In this document: in pieces, positions 54,971-64,000 of the stretch
How positions within the stretch are numbered: the first letter of the stretch is position 1
Layout: every line of letters begins with the position of its first letter
Assembly (NCBI GenBank): GCA_034521815.1
Contig: JAXHLW010000013.1
Coordinates: 32,001 to 96,000 of the forward strand
Direction: 5' to 3'
DNA from: Trueperaceae bacterium
GTDB taxonomy: Bacteria > Deinococcota > Deinococci > Deinococcales > Trueperaceae
DNA: 64,000 nt
The notes under the pieces: model-generated
Told to the model about the DNA's origin: nothing
Seen by the model: only the letters and a program-made list of their open reading frames with translations
Databases searched by the model: none
Position numbers and translations under genes: made by a program

Positions 54971-55525
54971 TCAGGGCAGCGTGACCGCCGCGAGATCGTC
55001 GATCGTCAGGTCGGCCGGCACGTCCGCGCCGTTGACTGCCGCCAGGAACGCCACGATCGCCAGGTACTCCTCGTCGCTCAACGATCCGGGCCAAGGCTTT
55101 GGCATCGTCGCGCGCACGTAGCCGAGCAGCCCGGCGCCGTTCGCGAACATGCCCAGGCGAGCGTCCGCACCGACCACGGCCGGAGCGACGCCGATGTCGA
55201 ACGCGTTGCGCCAGTTCATCGCCAGATGATCCATCTGCGGAGGATTGCTGGGCTTGTGGCACTGGGTGCAGGTTTGCTTGTCGTCCGGGAACGAGGTCTT
55301 GGCCTCGACCATCCCGCCGCCCGTATCGCCGTGGCACGCCGAGCAGTTGTGGTCGTAGAGGATCGCGCCCTCGCGCACCAGCGCCGAGCCGTCCGGGACC
55401 AGTGCCAGCGTCGCGGCGGCCTCGTCGGCGGTGGTCTGCGCGCCGGCGGCACCGACGACGGCACACAGGGCCGCAGCGATCAGGGCCGCCCGAACGTGGC
55501 GAAGAAGATGCCGTCGCAGGATCAT
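54971..55525 (-). CDS. Exported c-type cytochrome with two CxxCH motifs
   Basis: Signal peptide; CSACH, CTQCH; YVRATMP..PGSL. Confidence 0.88.
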   Translation of the reverse strand: MILRRHLLRHVRAALIAAALCAVVGAAGAQTTADEAAATLALVPDGSALVREGAILYDHNCSACHGDTGGGMVEAKTSFPDDKQTCTQCHKPSNPPQMDHLAMNWRNAFDIGVAPAVVGADARLGMFANGAGLLGYVRATMPKPWPGSLSDEEYLAIVAFLAAVNGADVPADLTIDDLAAVTLP

Positions 55526-55565
55526 GCCGGCACGCTACCGCGCCGCTTGCCGCCGAACCGTGCCG

Positions 55566-56258
55566 TCAGGTGCGGCGGTCCTCGTCGTCGCCTTCGGAAT
55601 CCTTCGTGTCGTGCGAGCTGTCGCCCGAGGGGTCGCCGGCCTTGTGCTCGCCGGATTCGTGGTGGCTCGATTCGTCGTGGCCGGATTCGTCGTGGCCGGC
55701 TTCGTCTAGGCCGACGTCTTCGCCGGTCGTCACCGAGCCGCCTTCGCTCTCCCACCTTCCGGTCGCGGGCGGCCTGGGCACGCCCGGTGCGGACGGCTCG
55801 GAGCCGTCCGTCGCTGCTGCGTCCGATGCGGACGTGGCGCCGGCAGCAGGTTCGGCAGCAGGGTCGGCGGCGGGGTCGGCGGCGGGGTCGGAAAGGTCTC
55901 CCGCCGGTGCGGCAGCGGGTGCCGCACTCGACGCTTCGCCGGCGGCGGCCCGAGCGGCCGCCTCCTCGCGGGCCCTGGTCTGCGGGCTCGGCGGCGTGGC
56001 GGGCTGAGCCTGCGGCTCGCGCGCGACACGCTCGGCACTGCGGTTCATCAGCTTCACGAGCAGGTAGACCGCGCCTGCGACCACGGCGATCGGCACGAGG
56101 AAGCGAAGGAGCGACCACACCAGACCGGCCAGCCAGGTCAGCACGGTGCCGACCAGGCCGAGCAACCAGCCCGCCAGCCACACCACGCCGGTCCCTACCA
56201 GCAGGGCGATCAGCGCGAAGATGACGAGCTCGACGACCTCCTGCATGGATCGTTTCAT
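55566..56258 (-). CDS. Hypothetical membrane protein with low-complexity C-terminus
   Basis: MKRSMQEVVELV... hydrophobic N-terminus; TATACT box 6 nt upstream. Confidence 0.75.
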   Translation of the reverse strand: MKRSMQEVVELVIFALIALLVGTGVVWLAGWLLGLVGTVLTWLAGLVWSLLRFLVPIAVVAGAVYLLVKLMNRSAERVAREPQAQPATPPSPQTRAREEAAARAAAGEASSAAPAAAPAGDLSDPAADPAADPAAEPAAGATSASDAAATDGSEPSAPGVPRPPATGRWESEGGSVTTGEDVGLDEAGHDESGHDESSHHESGEHKAGDPSGDSSHDTKDSEGDDEDRRT

Positions 56259-56340
56259 GCCGCGAGTATAGCAGTCGCGCGCCGGGCGCCGCGCCGCAAC
56301 GCGCGCGCTGGCCTCCGTGACCAGCGGGTAGACTCCGCCC

Positions 56341-57573
56341 GTGCCGATGCTGCTTCGCACCGAGCGGATGGTCCACGGGGGTCGCGCCTTGGCGCGCGAT
56401 CCCGACGGCAGGATCGTGCTCGTCTCAGGAGCGCTTCCAGACGAGACCGTCGCGGTCGAGGCCGAGCAGCGCTCGGGCGTCCTCCTCGGCACCGTGGTCG
56501 AGGTGGTCGAGGCGAGCCCCGACCGTGTGACGCCGCCGCTCCATCCGGGGCTGGACCTCGCGTTCGCGAGCTACCCGGCGCAGCTGCGCATCAAGGCCGA
56601 GGTGCTGGCCGACGCGGCGCGCCGCAGCGGTGTCGCGCTGCCTGCGACGACGAGCGAGGTACGTCCCTCGCCACGCGTCTGGCACTACCGCAGCGTGATC
56701 CAGCCGGCGGTGCGCCACGGCCGCCTGGGCTTCCGGCGCGAAGGGAGCGACGAGGTCGTCGAGATGGACAGCGACCCGACGGCGATGCCGGCGGCGAACG
56801 AGACGTGGTCGACACTGGCCGCCGCCGAGCTGCCCAGGAGCGTCATGGAGGTCGCGATTCGCGCCAACGACGCCGGCGAGGCGTTGGTCGGCCTGATCGC
56901 CACGGCGAAGGCCAAGACGCTGCTACCGCTGGCGCATCGCCTCGTCCAGAGCGGCGTGAGGGGGGTGTCGCTGGCGGCGTACGACCCTCGCGGTCGCTTC
57001 CGGGCGGGGAAGGAGCGGCTGGCGGGCGCGCGCGAGATCCGTCAGCGTTACGGGCGCGTGGAGCTGTCGGTCAGCGCGACGGCGTTCGCGCAGCCCAACC
57101 CTTCCGCCGCAAGCGAGCTGTACGAAGCGGTGACCGCGATGGTGCCCGGCGGAGAGCTGGCGTGCGAGCTGTTCGCCGGCAGCGGCGCGATCGCGATGCA
57201 CGTCGCCGACCGCTACCGGGAGGTCGTGGCGGTCGAGGTGTCCAGCGAAAGCGTCGCCCGCGGTCGGCGGGACGCCGAGCGGCACGGGATCGACAACGTG
57301 CGGTTCGAACGGGCCGACGCGCGGCGCTTCGAGCTGCCGAACGCGGACACGCTGATCGTCGATCCGCCGCGCGCCGGGCTGGCCAAGCCGCTGCGGGCCG
57401 CGATCGACGCGGCGGCCGCCACCAGCCTGCTCTACGTTTCGTGCGACGTGGCGACCTGGGCCCGGGACGCGGCCGATCTGATCGCACGTGGCTGGCGGCT
57501 GGTCGAGGTGCGCCCGTTCGACTTCCAGCCGCATACGCACCACCTGGAGCTGGCGACGACGTTCGAGCGCTAG
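56341..57573 (+). CDS. RNA (uracil-5)-methyltransferase, RlmD/TrmA family
   Basis: TRAM-like N-terminus, FAQPN, ELFAGSG, DPPRAG, YVSC, DFQPHT.H.E. Confidence 0.9.
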   Translation: MPMLLRTERMVHGGRALARDPDGRIVLVSGALPDETVAVEAEQRSGVLLGTVVEVVEASPDRVTPPLHPGLDLAFASYPAQLRIKAEVLADAARRSGVALPATTSEVRPSPRVWHYRSVIQPAVRHGRLGFRREGSDEVVEMDSDPTAMPAANETWSTLAAAELPRSVMEVAIRANDAGEALVGLIATAKAKTLLPLAHRLVQSGVRGVSLAAYDPRGRFRAGKERLAGAREIRQRYGRVELSVSATAFAQPNPSAASELYEAVTAMVPGGELACELFAGSGAIAMHVADRYREVVAVEVSSESVARGRRDAERHGIDNVRFERADARRFELPNADTLIVDPPRAGLAKPLRAAIDAAAATSLLYVSCDVATWARDAADLIARGWRLVEVRPFDFQPHTHHLELATTFER

Positions 57574-57618
57574 GCGTCGACGCTAGACGTCCGACCGCGC
57601 CGCGGTATCGTGTCCGGC

Positions 57619-58422
57619 GTGTTGGCCAAACGGATCATCGCTTGCCTGGACGTGCACGCCGGCCGCGTGACGCGTGGACAGCAGTTCGGTCGGGCCGAGG
57701 CCGGCGAGCTCGCCGACGTCGGCGATCCGGTCGCGCTGGCGCTGCGTTACGACGCGCAGGAAGCGGACGAGCTGGTGCTGTACGACATCACCGCCACGGC
57801 GGAAGGGCGCGACGCCATCCTGGACGTCGCGACCCGCGTGGCCGAGAGCTGCTTCATGCCGCTCACCATCGGTGGAGGCGTCCGAACCTTGAGCGACGTC
57901 CGAGCCCTGTTCCTGGCGGGGGCCGACAAGGTGTCGATCAACTCGGGCGCGGTGGCGGATCCGGAGCTGATCCGCCAGGCGTCGGAGCACTACGGCGCGC
58001 AGGCGGTCGTGCTGTCGATCGACGTCGCGAGGCGCGCGGCCGGTGGCGGCTGGGACGTGTTCGTGGCGGGCGGCCGAAGGTCCACCGGCTGGGACGCGGT
58101 CGAATGGGCCCAGCGGGGCCAGGCGCTGGGCGCGGGCGAGATCGTGCTGAACTCGATCGACGCCGACGGGATGAAGACCGGCTACGACCTAGGGGCCACG
58201 CGGGCCGTGGCTCGCGCGGTCGACGTGCCGGTGGTCGCGTCGGGCGGGGCCGGAAACGCCGATCATATGCGCGAGGTTCTCGAGCTCGGCGAGGCCGACG
58301 CGGCGCTGGCGGCGGGCATCTTCCACCGCGGCGAGACGACCGTCGGCGAGGTCAAGCGGCGCCTGGCGGCCGCCGGCGTGCCGGTGCGACTGGACGAGCT
58401 CGGTCCGGAGCCTGCGAGGTGA
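57619..58422 (+). CDS. hisF: Imidazole glycerol phosphate synthase cyclase subunit (start 57610-57622)
   Basis: [43 protein letters not shown]. Confidence 0.95.
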   Translation: MLAKRIIACLDVHAGRVTRGQQFGRAEAGELADVGDPVALALRYDAQEADELVLYDITATAEGRDAILDVATRVAESCFMPLTIGGGVRTLSDVRALFLAGADKVSINSGAVADPELIRQASEHYGAQAVVLSIDVARRAAGGGWDVFVAGGRRSTGWDAVEWAQRGQALGAGEIVLNSIDADGMKTGYDLGATRAVARAVDVPVVASGGAGNADHMREVLELGEADAALAAGIFHRGETTVGEVKRRLAAAGVPVRLDELGPEPAR

Positions 58423-59600
58423 GCGGCGACCGGGACGACGCCGAGCTGCGCTTCGAGACGCTGGCCGTGCACGGCGGTCACGCGCCCGATCCCGCCAGCG
58501 GCGCGGTCACGCCGCCGATCCACCCCTCGACCACCTTCGTGCGTGATCCGGGCGGACAGCCCCGCGCCGAGTGGGTCTATACGCGGGCCGAGAACCCGAC
58601 GCGCCACGCCCTGGAGGCGGCGCTCACGGCGCTGCAGCCGGGCGCGGGCGCGTGCGCGGCGTTCGCGTCCGGCTCCGCCGCCGCCTCGGCCGTGCTCCGG
58701 ACGGTCGAGCCGGGTGGCCGCCTGCTGGTGCCGGACGACATGTACCACGGCGTTCGCACGCTGCTCGAAGGGGAGCGCGACCGCTGGGGAGCCGAGGTGG
58801 CGTACGTGGACATGGCCGATCCTGCGGCGCTGAGGCGGGCCCTGGAGCCGGGCGCCTCGCTGGTGTGGGTCGAGACGCCGTCGAATCCTCGCTTGAAGCT
58901 GACCGACCTCCGCGCGGCGGCCGACGCGGCGCACGCCGCGGGGGCGCGCCTGGCGGTGGACGCCACCTGGACGCCGCCGCCGCTGTCCGACCCGTTCGCG
59001 CTGGGGGCGGACGTGGTGATGCACTCGACCACGAAGTACCTGGCGGGGCACAGCGACGTGCTGGGCGGGGCGGTGCTGGCGCGCAGCGAGGACGATCCGA
59101 CGTTCGCGCGGGTCCGCTGGCTGCAGCGCCAGGAGGGGGCCGTGCCCTCGCCGTTCGACGCCTGGCTGACGCTGCGCGGCCTCCGGACGGTGGCGCTTCG
59201 CGTCCAGGCGGCGTGCACCGGTGCCGAGCGGCTCGCGGCGTTCCTGGAGCGGCATCCGGCCGTGATCGAGGTGCGCTACCCGGGGCTGCCGTCGCACCCG
59301 CAGCACCGGTTGGCTCGCGAGCAGATGACCCGCCCCGGCGCGATGCTGTCGTTCCGCGTCCGCGGCGGCGCCCAGGCGGCCGACCGCGTGGCGTCGGGCA
59401 CGCGGCTGTTCGCGCGCGCCACCAGCCTGGGCGGCGTCGAGAGCCTGATCGAGCACCGCGCCCCGGTCGAGGGCCCGGACACGCCCACGCCTCCCGACCT
59501 GCTACGCGTCTCGGTCGGTATCGAGCACGCGGACGACCTGATCGCCGATCTGGAGCGGGCGCTCGCCCGTGCGGACCTGGCCCGTGCGGACCTGGGTTAG
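58419..59600 (+). CDS. Trans-sulfuration PLP enzyme (cystathionine gamma-synthase/lyase)
   Basis: [40 protein letters not shown]. Confidence 0.92.
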   Translation: MSGDRDDAELRFETLAVHGGHAPDPASGAVTPPIHPSTTFVRDPGGQPRAEWVYTRAENPTRHALEAALTALQPGAGACAAFASGSAAASAVLRTVEPGGRLLVPDDMYHGVRTLLEGERDRWGAEVAYVDMADPAALRRALEPGASLVWVETPSNPRLKLTDLRAAADAAHAAGARLAVDATWTPPPLSDPFALGADVVMHSTTKYLAGHSDVLGGAVLARSEDDPTFARVRWLQRQEGAVPSPFDAWLTLRGLRTVALRVQAACTGAERLAAFLERHPAVIEVRYPGLPSHPQHRLAREQMTRPGAMLSFRVRGGAQAADRVASGTRLFARATSLGGVESLIEHRAPVEGPDTPTPPDLLRVSVGIEHADDLIADLERALARADLARADLG

Positions 59601-59639
59601 GGCGGCCGCTCTCCAGGATGGGCAGGTAGACTCGCGGGC

Positions 59640-60296
59640 ATGACGAAACCCCGTGCCGCGTTCGGCATCGACGACGTCGTCTTCGGCGAGACCGGTCTCG
59701 TTCCGGTCGTGACGCAGGACGCCGCCTCCGGCGAGGTGCTCATGCTGGCGTGGGCCGACCTCGAGGCGCTCGAGGCGACGCTCGCGAGCGGCGACGCTCA
59801 TTACCACAGCCGCTCGCGCGACGAGCTCTGGCGCAAGGGCGCCACCAGCGGCCACGTGCAGCGCGTGGTCGAGGTGGTGCTGGACTGCGACGGCGACGCC
59901 GTGCTCTACCAGGTCCGCCAGACCGGGCCGGCCTGCCACACCGGTGAGCGCAGCTGCTTCCACCGCCCGATCGTCGAGGCCGAGGCGGGGGTGCCCGCGT
60001 CCGCGTTCGGCCTGCTGCAGCGGGTGGTCGACCAGCGCCTCGCCGAGCTTCCCGAAGGGTCGTACGTCGCGAAGCTCCATGCGCGCGGCCTCGGCTACGT
60101 CGCGCAGAAGGTGGTCGAGGAGTCGGGCGAGACGATCGTCGCGGCCCTCGAGGGCGACCTGGACGGCATGCGGAACGAGGCGGCCGACCTGCTGTTCCAC
60201 CTCACCGTGCTGCTGCGCGAGCGCGGCGTCGGCCTCGACGAGGTGGCCGAGACGCTGATCGCCCGGCATCGCGGTCGGAACGACGCCGAAGGCTGA
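59640..60296 (+). CDS. hisIE: Bifunctional phosphoribosyl-AMP cyclohydrolase / phosphoribosyl-ATP diphosphatase
   Basis: [37 protein letters not shown]. Confidence 0.95.
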   Translation: MTKPRAAFGIDDVVFGETGLVPVVTQDAASGEVLMLAWADLEALEATLASGDAHYHSRSRDELWRKGATSGHVQRVVEVVLDCDGDAVLYQVRQTGPACHTGERSCFHRPIVEAEAGVPASAFGLLQRVVDQRLAELPEGSYVAKLHARGLGYVAQKVVEESGETIVAALEGDLDGMRNEAADLLFHLTVLLRERGVGLDEVAETLIARHRGRNDAEG

Positions 60297-60405
60297 GCTC
60301 GGGAACCGAGGCCAGGCCGGGCGGGACGTCGCCGACAGGACCGAACGGATCGCACGGTGTGCGTACAACACCGGCCAGCTCGCGTCCGCGGGTCACAGTG
60401 GACGC

Positions 60406-61416
60406 ATGAACGACATGACGCACCCCGCAGCCGACGCGACCGCCCTCGAACGCGCCCTCGTCCTCGACACGGTCCGGGTGACCGAACAGGCCGCCATCGC
60501 TGCCGGCCGCGTCGCCGGGATGGGGGACGAGGACATCGTCGACGTCGCCGGTACCGAGACGATGCGCCGCGTGCTGAACGAGCTCGAGATCGACGGCAAG
60601 ATCGTCATCGGCGAAGGGGAGCGCGACCACGCGCCGATGCTCTACATCGGCGAGCGGGTGGGGCGCGCCGGCGAGGGCGCCTGGGCGGTGGACATCGCCG
60701 TCGATCCGGTGGAGGGCACCGGCATCACCGCTCGCATGGTGAACGGCTCGGTGGCGGTGATCGCGATCTCGGAGCGGGGCGGTCTGCTGCACGCGCCCGA
60801 CGTGTACATGGACAAGCTCATCGTCGGCCCACCGGCGGTCGGGATGGTGGATCTCGACTGGCCGGTGGCCGCGAACCTGCAAGCGATCGCCTCCAGCCTG
60901 GACCGGAGCGTCCGCGACCTGACGGTGGTGATCCTGGACAGGCCCCGGCACGAGGAGCTCCTGGCCAAGGTCCGGGAGACGGGCGCACGCGTGAAGCTGA
61001 TCGGGGACGGCGACGTCATCGCCGCGCTGTCGGCGACGGTGCGGGGCACGAACATCCACGCGGTGATGGGCACGGGTGGCGCGCCCGAGGGCGTGCTGGC
61101 CGCGGCCGCGCTGCGATGCCTGGGAGGGGAGATCGTGGGCCGGTTCGTGCCCAGGGACCAGGCCGAGCGCGACCGGCTGGACGCGGCCGGGATCGAGCAC
61201 GGACGCTCGTACCGCACCACCGACCTGGCGCCGGGGTCGCAGATCGTGTTCAGCGCCACCGGCATCACCGACGGCGACCTGCTCAGGGGCGTCAAGTTCT
61301 TCGGCTCCGGTGCACGGACCCACACCGTCTCGATGGGCCTTCGCTCGCGCGTGATCCGCTTCTCCGACGCGGTCCACCTGCTGGGCGAGGACGCGCGCGT
61401 CCACATCCAGGTCTGA
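60406..61416 (+). CDS. glpX: Fructose-1,6-bisphosphatase class II
   Basis: [40 protein letters not shown]. Confidence 0.95.
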   Translation: MNDMTHPAADATALERALVLDTVRVTEQAAIAAGRVAGMGDEDIVDVAGTETMRRVLNELEIDGKIVIGEGERDHAPMLYIGERVGRAGEGAWAVDIAVDPVEGTGITARMVNGSVAVIAISERGGLLHAPDVYMDKLIVGPPAVGMVDLDWPVAANLQAIASSLDRSVRDLTVVILDRPRHEELLAKVRETGARVKLIGDGDVIAALSATVRGTNIHAVMGTGGAPEGVLAAAALRCLGGEIVGRFVPRDQAERDRLDAAGIEHGRSYRTTDLAPGSQIVFSATGITDGDLLRGVKFFGSGARTHTVSMGLRSRVIRFSDAVHLLGEDARVHIQV

Positions 61417-61422
61417 GCTGGC

Positions 61423-61453
61423 CGGCCCGCGCCCGGTCAGCGGGCGCGGGCCG
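61423..61453. terminator. 13-bp hairpin between convergent genes
   Basis: CGGCCCGCGCCCG-GTCAG-CGGGCGCGGGCCG. Confidence 0.7.
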
Positions 61454-61454
61454 C

Positions 61455-62618
61455 TCAGCGCACGAACAGCTCGCGCGGGAAGTCGGTGATGCGCTCGGCG
61501 CCCTCCGCGGTGACGCGGATGGTCTCGGTGCAGCCGATCCCGCCCTTGCCCGGCATCTGCACCCAGGGGAGCAGGTGGAAGGTCATGTTCTCCTGCAGGG
61601 GCCGGGTCTCGCCCGGTTTCATGCTGAGGATGTGGCCCTCGCCCCAGTCGGGCGGCACGGCGATCCCGACGGAGTAGGCGACACGGGACGCCTGGGTCCC
61701 GCCGAACCCGCTCTGCGCGATCACCTGGCGGGCGACGCGGTCGATCTCGCCGGCCGGCACGCCCGGGCGGATCGCGGCCAGCGCGGCGTCGAACGCCGCC
61801 TGGACGGCGTCGAAGGCGTGCACGGCGTCGTCGTCGGGTTCGCCGACCACCACGGTACGCATCATCGGAGCGTGGTAGCGGCTGCGACAGCCGGACACCT
61901 CCAGGAACACCGTGTCGTGCGCACGCACCACGCGCCCCGCCCAGGTGGCGTGACCGATCGCGCCGCGCTCGCCGCTGGCGACGAACGGCACGATCGACGG
62001 CCAGTGGCTGCCGGCGCGCACCATCGCGCCCATCAGCTCGGCGGCGATCTCGTTCTCGCTGACGCCGGCGCGCACGGCGTCGATCCCTGCGGCCATGCCC
62101 GCCTCGGTGGTTCGCGCAGCGGCGGCGATGCGGTCGATCTCGCGCTGCGTCTTGACCACGCGGCCTTCCTCGACCAGGCCGGAGGCGTCGACCCAGTCGA
62201 CCTCCGGGAGGAGCGAGAACAGCCGGTCCTGCTGCGCCGCCGTGAAGAACCAGCCGTCGCGCTCGAACCCGATCCGGCCGCGGTCGAAGCCCATGTGGGT
62301 CAGCGTGCCGACGAGGACCTCCATCGGGTCCTGGTCGTCGCGGTAGCCGACGTTGTGCTCCGGCTCGATCCAGCTGAGGGCGGTCATGCCGCTGATCTCG
62401 AGCAGGCGCGAGACGGTGGTCGGCTCGCCGATGAGCGACACGACCATGCCCTGCCACCAGTAGTGGCCCGGACTCTCGAACCCGGTGAGGTAGGTGACGT
62501 TCTCGGGCGTGGTGGTCAGCATCGCGACCAGGCCCCAGTCGTCCATGCGGGCGCGCAGCCCGTCGAGCCGGCTCTGGTACTCGTCCACGGGGAAGGGCAG
62601 CTGGTCGTGGTCTCGCAA
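61455..62618 (-). CDS. M24-fold hydrolase, ectoine hydrolase (EutD/DoeA)/creatinase-like
   Basis: F...EY..RL, YLTG, FLEVSGC..RYHAP..RT, AYSVG...PPDWGE, MTFH; TTG start after GGGAGG. Confidence 0.85.
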   Translation of the reverse strand: MRDHDQLPFPVDEYQSRLDGLRARMDDWGLVAMLTTTPENVTYLTGFESPGHYWWQGMVVSLIGEPTTVSRLLEISGMTALSWIEPEHNVGYRDDQDPMEVLVGTLTHMGFDRGRIGFERDGWFFTAAQQDRLFSLLPEVDWVDASGLVEEGRVVKTQREIDRIAAAARTTEAGMAAGIDAVRAGVSENEIAAELMGAMVRAGSHWPSIVPFVASGERGAIGHATWAGRVVRAHDTVFLEVSGCRSRYHAPMMRTVVVGEPDDDAVHAFDAVQAAFDAALAAIRPGVPAGEIDRVARQVIAQSGFGGTQASRVAYSVGIAVPPDWGEGHILSMKPGETRPLQENMTFHLLPWVQMPGKGGIGCTETIRVTAEGAERITDFPRELFVR

Positions 62619-62685
62619 GGCGACCTCCCGGTCGGCGCGTCCGCGAGGGACGAAAGCGGTGCCTGGCTCGGGTCCCCGGCGCCGC

Positions 62686-62740
62686 TTGACAACGGCGGGG
62701 CGAGCCCCTAGACTTTCCAACGAAAGCGACCTGTATACAA
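62686..62740 (+). promoter_or_regulatory. Promoter TTGACA-17-TAGACT with downstream TGTATACA palindrome (probable GntR operator)
   Basis: -35 at 62686, -10 at 62709, palindrome at 62732-62739. Confidence 0.75.
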
Positions 62741-62871
62741 CCTGCGTACGAGTGGGATTCTACGGCCGGCCCGCCGCCGCGGTCAATCCTCACGAGGAGA
62801 CCGGCCCCAACGACCCGCCCTAGCCCGGACCCGCCCAGCGCGCGCCGAGCCGCGCCCGGAAAGGGGACACC

Positions 62872-63591
62872 GTGTCCGAAGGACGCGACATCCAGACCAT
62901 CTACGCCAAGCTGCGCGAGCGCATCTCGCTGCTCGACTACCCGCCCGGAACGGCGCTCAGCGAGAACCGGCTCGCGGCCGAGTTCGGCGTCAGCCGCACG
63001 CCCATCCGCCAGGTCCTGCACCGCCTCGAGTTCGACGGCCTCGTCACCATTCGCCGCGGGGTGGGCAGCCTGGTCACGTCGATCGACGTGCGTTACCTCA
63101 AGCAGGTCTACGACCTGCGCGTGAAGCTGATCGACGTCATCGCCGACCTCGACCCGGCCGCCATCGACCAGCGCGACATCGCTCGGATCGACGCGTTGCG
63201 CGACGAGGTGCGCGCGCTCCGCGGCCGCCGCGACCCTCGCACCCTCGCCCTGGCCTACCTCGAGTTCAACCGGGCGGTCACCCGGGCGATCGGCAACGAG
63301 CCGCTGCGCGAGATCGCCGACCGCCTCTACCACCAGACCTCGCGCCTGTGGATCGACGCCCTGCCGGCCCTGACCTGGGTGCACGAAGTCGACGCCGTCG
63401 AGCAGGAGATCGACGACACCGTGCGCGCCCTGCGCGCCGGCGACATGCGTGCGGTGGCCGAGGTCCGCAAGCGCCACATGATCGACTGCATCGCCCGCGT
63501 CGGCGCCTACCTCGGCCGGTTCGACGCCATCGCAGGCGCCCCTTACACGCACCGCACGCCCCTGTCCCCGTCCGAAGGAGGACCCTCATGA
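62872..63591 (+). CDS. GntR family (FCD) transcriptional regulator
   Basis: LRERI....YPPG..LSE..LAAEFGVSRTPIR. Confidence 0.93.
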   Translation: MSEGRDIQTIYAKLRERISLLDYPPGTALSENRLAAEFGVSRTPIRQVLHRLEFDGLVTIRRGVGSLVTSIDVRYLKQVYDLRVKLIDVIADLDPAAIDQRDIARIDALRDEVRALRGRRDPRTLALAYLEFNRAVTRAIGNEPLREIADRLYHQTSRLWIDALPALTWVHEVDAVEQEIDDTVRALRAGDMRAVAEVRKRHMIDCIARVGAYLGRFDAIAGAPYTHRTPLSPSEGGPS

Positions 63592-64000
63592 ACGACAACG
63601 CCCCGAAGCAGAGCACCCTCACCGTCTGGGCCGGCGAGGAGGGCGTCCGCATCGCCGGCGCGACCCAGATCCCGGTCGTGCACAGCGTCTCGTTCGGCTA
63701 CGACGACCTCGACCACTGGCGCGACGTCGCCCTCGGCGACGCCGACGGCCACATCTACGGCCGCAACACCAACCCCACCACGGCGGTGTTCGAGGAGAAG
63801 ATCCGCATTCTCGAGGACGCCGAGGCGGCCACCAGCTTCGCGACCGGCATGGCCGCCATCTCGAACACCCTCTACACCCTGCTCGCCCCCGGCGATCGCG
63901 TGGTGACGGTCAAGGACACCTACGGCGGCACGAACCGCGTGTTCCTCGACTGGCTCCCCCGCATCGGCGTCGACGTCGCGATGTGCGACACGCACGACGA
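63588..64000 (+). CDS. Cystathionine gamma-synthase family PLP enzyme, partial
   Basis: Manual translation MNDNAPKQSTLTVWAGE...IYGRNTNPT...SFATGMAAIS...DTYGGT; AAGGAGG RBS; ATGA overlap with the GntR gene. Confidence 0.88.
   Translation, partial: MNDNAPKQSTLTVWAGEEGVRIAGATQIPVVHSVSFGYDDLDHWRDVALGDADGHIYGRNTNPTTAVFEEKIRILEDAEAATSFATGMAAISNTLYTLLAPGDRVVTVKDTYGGTNRVFLDWLPRIGVDVAMCDTHD

Overview
Very GC-rich, gene-dense core chromosome segment from a Deinococcota bacterium, probably Truepera-like. The taxon is judged by eye from the 16S rRNA and from protein style; no search was run. It holds tRNA-Lys and tRNA-Glu, a stand-alone 16S rRNA gene with no linked 23S/5S, and about 60 mostly housekeeping CDSs (aceE/aceF, metH, metF, mtnN, malQ, crtI, gabD, lysA-like, tmk, hisF, hisIE, glpX, lptB, tag, several ABC systems). 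I see no CRISPR array, integrase or IS element. Most notable: (1) a TANNNT -10 box 5-7 nt before at least 23 start codons, implying leaderless mRNAs; (2) a 16S leader with two promoter/boxA/processing-arm modules and four GGTCTC motifs spaced exactly 11 bp apart; (3) a lysA-like gene coupled to a PBP/beta-lactamase-fold hydrolase; (4) a GntR-controlled EutD-like hydrolase locus at the right edge; (5) seven frameshifts clustered at 48.4-53 kb, probably assembly errors; (6) many micro-duplications at gene termini. The sequence alone does not prove a new biological system; the candidates below are hypotheses.
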